The notes beneath the pieces were generated by a model. That model saw nothing but the letters and a program-made list of their open reading frames with translations, was not told where the DNA came from and made no database searches. Both the position numbers and the translations under genes were made by a program. From assembly GCA_048622455.1 (NCBI GenBank), contig JBMCUO010000001.1:2437-66436 (forward strand): DNA of 64,000 nt, read 5' to 3'. The first letter of the stretch is position 1; every line of letters begins with the position of its first letter. The stretch comes from Candidatus Saliniplasma sp. GTDB lineage: Archaea; Thermoplasmatota; Thermoplasmata; Halarchaeoplasmatales; Halarchaeoplasmataceae. Below are positions 58,758 to 64,000 of this stretch, piece after piece.

Positions 58758-59887
58758 CAAACTCCCATGGCCAAGCGGAGCATGTTCCTAAATCCAGGAG
58801 CTAGACCCAGTACGATTATAACAAATTTAACGAGTACGGTCACACTTCTCATATCTTTCAATTCTTCCCTGAGCCCAACATCTAACACGTATATGGACCC
58901 GACTATTATGAGAAGTTTCATGAGATACATGACCAAGGAAGTTCCGATCAGATCTATCAGGAGGGTGGGTACTACATGTTTTTCCACATAACCGTAATAT
59001 TCGATACCTCTGTAGGTAGAGGAAGCGTCGAAGAAGTGAGCAAACGCTATCAATAAGTTCAAAATCGAGAGATATCCTTTCGAAATCCTATCAGAACGCT
59101 GAAGTAGATATAATGTGGTTACAAAAAGTGAGGTGGCCAAGAAGGCGTAACCCAGTATGATAGGGACTTCCCACGGGTTTGAATTCTGCAAAGTCAGTAT
59201 ATAATGAGTACAATATATCAGAGCTACAGCTAAGAACGAACCTCCGTAGGCTGAGAATAGGTACTTCTCGTTCTGCCATCTGTACTTGATCCCAACGAAG
59301 TAAAATACCACCAGAACTGCGAACATGACCACTGAAAGTACAGTATAGAACTTCAAACGCAGGAGTAAAAATATCAGCAGAGGCGGGACCAAGACGAAGG
59401 CTCTACTCGTATGTCCCAACTCATTCAACCAACTCCCAAGAACCATGGTCAGTATCGCGGATATACCCAGCACGAAATAGATGATAGGTGAAATAAATAA
59501 AGGTGCGATGCTCTCTCTGAACAATCCAGCATCTTCAAGTGCTCTGAGAGAACCTCCGAGCAGAAGCCATGGTAACAGGGATAGCACGAAATTCTTATTC
59601 ACTTCGATATCATAATGATCGATGATCTCGTAGATCCCTAACAGCGAAAGTGCTACAACGAGACCGTATGCAAGTGTATTCACCCAGTTGTATCCCTCAG
59701 AAATGCCGTTCACCGGTTCATCTCGTGCATCCGCCAGAACGGGACCCCATAAATATCTGAACAAGAATGAGTCCCAGAACAGCTCTGGTAAGACCAGCGA
59801 ACCAAAAATTAAGATCACCGTGGGAACTGTTAAAATTAAAATCCAGGACTTCAGTTTATTATCTAGATATATTTCGCTCAAGTTCAT
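58757..59887 (-). CDS. DUF63 family membrane protein
   Basis: GYNWVNTLAY, GGSLRALED, ISPIIY, AHFFDASST, EKHV, GLAPGFR. Confidence 0.8.
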   Translation of the reverse strand: MNLSEIYLDNKLKSWILILTVPTVILIFGSLVLPELFWDSFLFRYLWGPVLADARDEPVNGISEGYNWVNTLAYGLVVALSLLGIYEIIDHYDIEVNKNFVLSLLPWLLLGGSLRALEDAGLFRESIAPLFISPIIYFVLGISAILTMVLGSWLNELGHTSRAFVLVPPLLIFLLLRLKFYTVLSVVMFAVLVVFYFVGIKYRWQNEKYLFSAYGGSFLAVALIYCTHYILTLQNSNPWEVPIILGYAFLATSLFVTTLYLLQRSDRISKGYLSILNLLIAFAHFFDASSTYRGIEYYGYVEKHVVPTLLIDLIGTSLVMYLMKLLIIVGSIYVLDVGLREELKDMRSVTVLVKFVIIVLGLAPGFRNMLRLAMGV

Positions 59888-61668
59888 TCCACTGTCACGC
59901 TCTTAGCCAGATTGCGGGGTTTATCGATATCTCTACCGAGTTCGTAAGCTGTGTAATAAGCAAACAGCTGTAGAACGACGTTCACAATTATAGGTGAAAA
60001 CAGAGGTAGAACTTTTGGAATAGATATGTGATGATCACAGAGCTTTTTCATTTCCTTATCATTTTCACCGACACCGTATATAGGACTCCCTCTAGCTGCG
60101 ATCTCACCCACGTTCCCCAGCATCTTCTGATACGTATTGTCCTTAATGCAGATAGATATGACAGGAGTATTTTCAGTCAGGAGTGCAAAGGGACCGTGTT
60201 TTAACTCTCCCGCGGGATAACCAGCTGCGTGGATGTAAGCGATCTCTTTAAGTTTTAAAGCCCCTTCTAGGGCAACCGGGTAGTTGATGTTCCTACCGAC
60301 AAAGAATATATCCTCCGCTGAAGCCAGTTTCCCGGAAAGTTTCTTTATGGTTTCAGACTTATTTAATATCTTTTCAACCAGCCTGGGAAGTCTTCTCAAT
60401 TCATCTCTATACGTTTCAGCCTCATCAACACGAAGGGTCCTCTTCATCAATCCTAATTCGATCGCTATCAAATAGAGAACCACTAGCTGCGTTGTGAATG
60501 TTTTAGTAGCCGCTACACCTATCTCAGGTCCCGCTTGAGTATATATTACCTCGTCGACCTCCCTTGTGAGTGAACTGTCGAGCACATTGGTTATACCAAG
60601 AGTCTTACATCCTCTCTGGGAAGCCTCTTTAGCTGCACCCAGGGTATCGGCAGTCTCCCCACTTTGACTCAATAATATGGTGAACGGATACTCACTCAAG
60701 CGAGAAGAGTACCTGTATTCCGAGGCCATCTCTACCATGCACGGTATCCCGGAGATCTCCTCTATGATGTATTTCCCGACTAAAGCGGCGTGGTAAGATG
60801 TACCGCATGCGATGAGTCTTATGGAATCGATCCGATATTTTTTAAGGTCCAGTTCTTGGAAACCTTTCAACCTGCCCAGTAACGATTCGTGGATAGCTTT
60901 GGGCTGCTCGTGGATCTCTTTCATCATATAATGTTCGTAACCACCCTTCTCAGCATCTTCGATGGACCATTCAACGGTTTTCGTTTCCCTCTCGACCGAT
61001 TTTCCATCCCTATCCCATATCTCAACAGTATCTTCAGTCAACCGGGCTATGTCGCCGTCGCGAAGGTACTTCACATCCTCAGTGTGATCCAGTAAAGCAG
61101 GTACGTCTGAAGCCAGCAAGTTCTCGCCGTCTCCGACGCCCACGACCAACGGGCTCTGTTCTCTAGTAGCGGCTATCTCGTTCTTATCAGAATGTATTGC
61201 AACTATGGCGTAAGCCCCATTGAGTTTTTTAACAGTTTCCCGGAGAGCATCCACAAGGTCACCATCATAGTTCTCCTCGATCATATGCGCGATGACCTCA
61301 CTGTCCGTATCCGAAGTGAACTCGTGTCCTCGGCCTACAAGCTCTTCTTTTAATGACACGAAATTTTCGATTATACCATTATGTATTATAGATATATCTC
61401 CCGAGCAGTCCGAAAACGGATGAGCGTTCTTATCAGAAGGTTTACCGTGCGTAGCCCACCGGGTATGTCCGATACCTATGTAACTTTCAGGTATCTGTTC
61501 CTTCGGAAGGTCTTCGATCCTACCTTTTTTCTTAACTAATGATATCTCTCCATCACTCTTGACAGCTATACCGATAGAGTCGTAACCCCGGTATTCCAAG
61601 CGTTTCAACCCTCTTAGGAGTATGTCTCTGACTGCAGAACTGCCTATGTATCCGACTATCCCACACAT
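59884..61668 (-). CDS. glmS: Glutamine--fructose-6-phosphate transaminase
   Basis: MCGIVG, GHTRWATHG, SQSGET, PRNLAKSVTVE. Confidence 0.97.
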   Translation of the reverse strand: MCGIVGYIGSSAVRDILLRGLKRLEYRGYDSIGIAVKSDGEISLVKKKGRIEDLPKEQIPESYIGIGHTRWATHGKPSDKNAHPFSDCSGDISIIHNGIIENFVSLKEELVGRGHEFTSDTDSEVIAHMIEENYDGDLVDALRETVKKLNGAYAIVAIHSDKNEIAATREQSPLVVGVGDGENLLASDVPALLDHTEDVKYLRDGDIARLTEDTVEIWDRDGKSVERETKTVEWSIEDAEKGGYEHYMMKEIHEQPKAIHESLLGRLKGFQELDLKKYRIDSIRLIACGTSYHAALVGKYIIEEISGIPCMVEMASEYRYSSRLSEYPFTILLSQSGETADTLGAAKEASQRGCKTLGITNVLDSSLTREVDEVIYTQAGPEIGVAATKTFTTQLVVLYLIAIELGLMKRTLRVDEAETYRDELRRLPRLVEKILNKSETIKKLSGKLASAEDIFFVGRNINYPVALEGALKLKEIAYIHAAGYPAGELKHGPFALLTENTPVISICIKDNTYQKMLGNVGEIAARGSPIYGVGENDKEMKKLCDHHISIPKVLPLFSPIIVNVVLQLFAYYTAYELGRDIDKPRNLAKSVTVE

Positions 61669-61671
61669 TGT

Positions 61672-62853
61672 TCATACCACCCTGCTTCCCTGAGTAATAT
61701 TCTTTCTCACAGTTTTACCAGAATCTATTATACAATCGTTTCCAACGATCAAGCCCTTCTCCATAACAACTCCAGCACCGATATCGGTATCCTCTGCTAT
61801 CATACATCCTATATCTGAAACTTTGTTGTAACCCGAACTCACTTTGATATCAGCATCGCCTACGTATGTTGTGAAATTCCCTCCTATACGTACACCATCC
61901 CCGATAACTGAATTTCCTATGAAGGAATGAGGCCCTACTTCGACAGTATTCATGAGAAGTGAGTTCTGAATGAGTGCGAATGGGTAGATCTTTGAATCTT
62001 TTCCTATGCTGGTTGAAGGTAAGATGCATGCTTTCGGTCCGATCTCACTTCCAGAACCGATGACAGCGGGTCCCTGGATGTGTGTGCCACTTTTGATGAC
62101 CGTCCCTTCTCCGATGTAAACCGGTCCGGAGATAGAAACATTTTCCTCTATGACACCGTTTTTAACATCTACCACGTTGGTCAAAGCGGTCGAATTGACG
62201 GACCGTAGATCCCAAGGATAGACCGCATCTATCCACATAGCTTCTGTGATTATCCCTTTTAGATTCTCTAAATTCTGTACAACAGAGGTCAGGTCATAGA
62301 CCTGTTCTGACATGAAATCTCTTATACGATCGAATATCTCATAAGGAAAAGAATATATTCCAGTCGAGATCAGATGTGAATAACTCTTCTCTGGCTTCTC
62401 TATGATCTCTTTCACATAACCATTGGACAAAGAAACCACGCCATATTTTGAAGGGGTATCACTTTCGGTGATCAGGACTGAGCGAGTTGACTTGTCTTTA
62501 AGTAGATGAGCTACCGTTTCTTTGGAGATAACGTTATCGCCTGGTAAAACAATAAAATCGCCATGGATTTTCTCTTCGGCCTGAGCTAGTGCATGTGCAG
62601 TACCGAGCTGTTTCTTTTGAACCACATACTCGATATCAGCGTTGAACTCTTCACCGTTACCGAAGTAAGTCAATATCTTTTCTTTCTTGTAACCCACTAA
62701 CATAACTATCTCAGTTATACCGTTCTCAACAAGTGCTTCCACAACGTATTCCAGGATCGGTTTGTTAGCCACGGGTATCATCACTTTGGGTTCAGATACC
62801 GTAAAGGGTCGTAATCTAGTTCCCTCTCCCGCTGCTAGGATTACAGCTTTCAT
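61672..62853 (-). CDS. glmU: Archaeal GlmU-type bifunctional sugar-1-phosphate nucleotidyltransferase/acetyltransferase
   Basis: LAAGEGTRLRP, QLGTAHAL, hexapeptide-repeat C-terminus; directly upstream of glmS. Confidence 0.8.
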   Translation of the reverse strand: MKAVILAAGEGTRLRPFTVSEPKVMIPVANKPILEYVVEALVENGITEIVMLVGYKKEKILTYFGNGEEFNADIEYVVQKKQLGTAHALAQAEEKIHGDFIVLPGDNVISKETVAHLLKDKSTRSVLITESDTPSKYGVVSLSNGYVKEIIEKPEKSYSHLISTGIYSFPYEIFDRIRDFMSEQVYDLTSVVQNLENLKGIITEAMWIDAVYPWDLRSVNSTALTNVVDVKNGVIEENVSISGPVYIGEGTVIKSGTHIQGPAVIGSGSEIGPKACILPSTSIGKDSKIYPFALIQNSLLMNTVEVGPHSFIGNSVIGDGVRIGGNFTTYVGDADIKVSSGYNKVSDIGCMIAEDTDIGAGVVMEKGLIVGNDCIIDSGKTVRKNITQGSRVV

Positions 62854-63024
62854 GGATAGATATTACCGGATGGGAATTTAATAGTTTTGCTTATCGCAGA
62901 TCTTCCCAATTTATATATATCTGAGATTCATTATGTATATAACCTTGCAAAAGGGTGTTAATCTGGATCTGCAGAAAGGATATGACTTCGCTGACATCCT
63001 TGAAGGTTAGATGGTGGAAAATAT

Positions 63025-64000
63025 ATGAAAATGAAGATATCTGTTTTAGGTGTTGGGATGTTATTGCTCTTCTCGATGTTTGTTGTTGGTGTGAGTGTAT
63101 CGAATGGACATGGAGAAGAAATAAACGAAAATTTGGAAAGTGAACCTAAATTGACCCAACTGGCTGATTCACCGTGGCCTAGCTTCGGTCGTGATCAACA
63201 GAACACCCGAAGGAGTCCATACGACACTAGTCACGTAGATGGAACGGAGAAATGGAGCTTTGATACTGACGATAAAGTGTTTTCTTCGGCAGCTATTGAT
63301 GGGGATGGAACTATATATGTAGGGTCCCACGATAATCACTTTTATGCTTTGAATCCGAATGGAACGGAAAAATGGAGCTTCCAAACCGATGGGTCAGTGT
63401 ATTCTTCGGCAGCGATAGATGAAGACGGGACTTTATATTTCGGCTCCTATGATGGTTATTTGTATGCTTTGAATCCAAATGGAACGGAAAAATGGAGCTT
63501 CCAAACCGGTGCGCGTGTGATTTCTTCTCCGACCATCGCTGACGACGGTACTATCTATGTAGGATCCTGCGACAATAACTTGTATGCGGTGAATCCAGAT
63601 GGCTCAGAAGAATGGAATTTTACCACAGGTGATGAGATATGGTCTTCGCCCGGTATAGCTGAGGACGGCATCGTTTACATCGGCTCCGATGACGGTAATC
63701 TGTACGCGGTTAATCCAGAAGATGGTACAGAAGAATGGAGTTTTGGAACTGGCAATAAGTTTTGGACTACCCCGACGATCGCTGATGACGGTACGATCTA
63801 TGTCAGCGATTATGACGAGGATACATACAATAACAATCATCTCTACGCAATAAATCCAGATGGTTCTGAAAAATGGAATTTCGAAATAGGTTGGAACCCG
63901 ACTGCTAATCCTGCCATCGGTGATGATGGTACGATATATGTCGGTGGCGGGGACCATAAGATGTATGCTGTCAATCCAGATGGGTCAGAAAAATGGACTT
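63025..64000 (+). CDS. Secreted PQQ-like beta-propeller repeat protein (runs off window end; absent from ORF track)
   Basis: My translation: MKMKISVLGVGMLLLFS...SPWPSFGRDQQNT, then ~40-aa repeats 'SSAAIDxDGTIYVGSxDxxLYALNPNGTEKWSF'; no stop seen to 64000. Confidence 0.85.
   Translation, partial: MKMKISVLGVGMLLLFSMFVVGVSVSNGHGEEINENLESEPKLTQLADSPWPSFGRDQQNTRRSPYDTSHVDGTEKWSFDTDDKVFSSAAIDGDGTIYVGSHDNHFYALNPNGTEKWSFQTDGSVYSSAAIDEDGTLYFGSYDGYLYALNPNGTEKWSFQTGARVISSPTIADDGTIYVGSCDNNLYAVNPDGSEEWNFTTGDEIWSSPGIAEDGIVYIGSDDGNLYAVNPEDGTEEWSFGTGNKFWTTPTIADDGTIYVSDYDEDTYNNNHLYAINPDGSEKWNFEIGWNPTANPAIGDDGTIYVGGGDHKMYAVNPDGSEKWT

Overview
Gene-dense 64 kb chromosomal segment from an archaeon. Evidence for archaeal origin: Pth2, a Trm11/TrmG10-type methylase, ADP-forming acetyl-CoA synthetase alpha, an aconitase-X pair, a PGF-CTERM surface protein, TATA-box promoters with many apparently leaderless genes, and tRNAs without encoded CCA. 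The acidic surface proteins and NosD/GLUG/PQQ-repeat families suggest a halophilic Thermoplasmatota lineage (inference). About 60 CDSs and two tRNA genes (Val-CAC, Phe-GAA); no CRISPR array, rRNA, transposase or integrase seen. Most notable is an intact cyanophycin module next to tRNA-Val: full-length CphA1 with the Cx19HxxEH primer-generating site, CphB, an unknown small gene upstream of cphA and an amino-acid racemase. Cyanophycin is known from bacteria and, to my knowledge, has not been demonstrated in archaea. Other leads: a solo Cas4-family nuclease with four inserted membrane helices; an aconitase-X small subunit fused to a NUDIX domain; a three-gene wHTH operon with a 3x12-bp repeat upstream; a P-type ATPase with PQAL instead of PEGL; a subtilase inserted into a giant beta-helix; and a structured 5' leader ahead of a PQQ-propeller gene missing from the ORF track. 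All calls come from reading motifs by eye; no searches were run.
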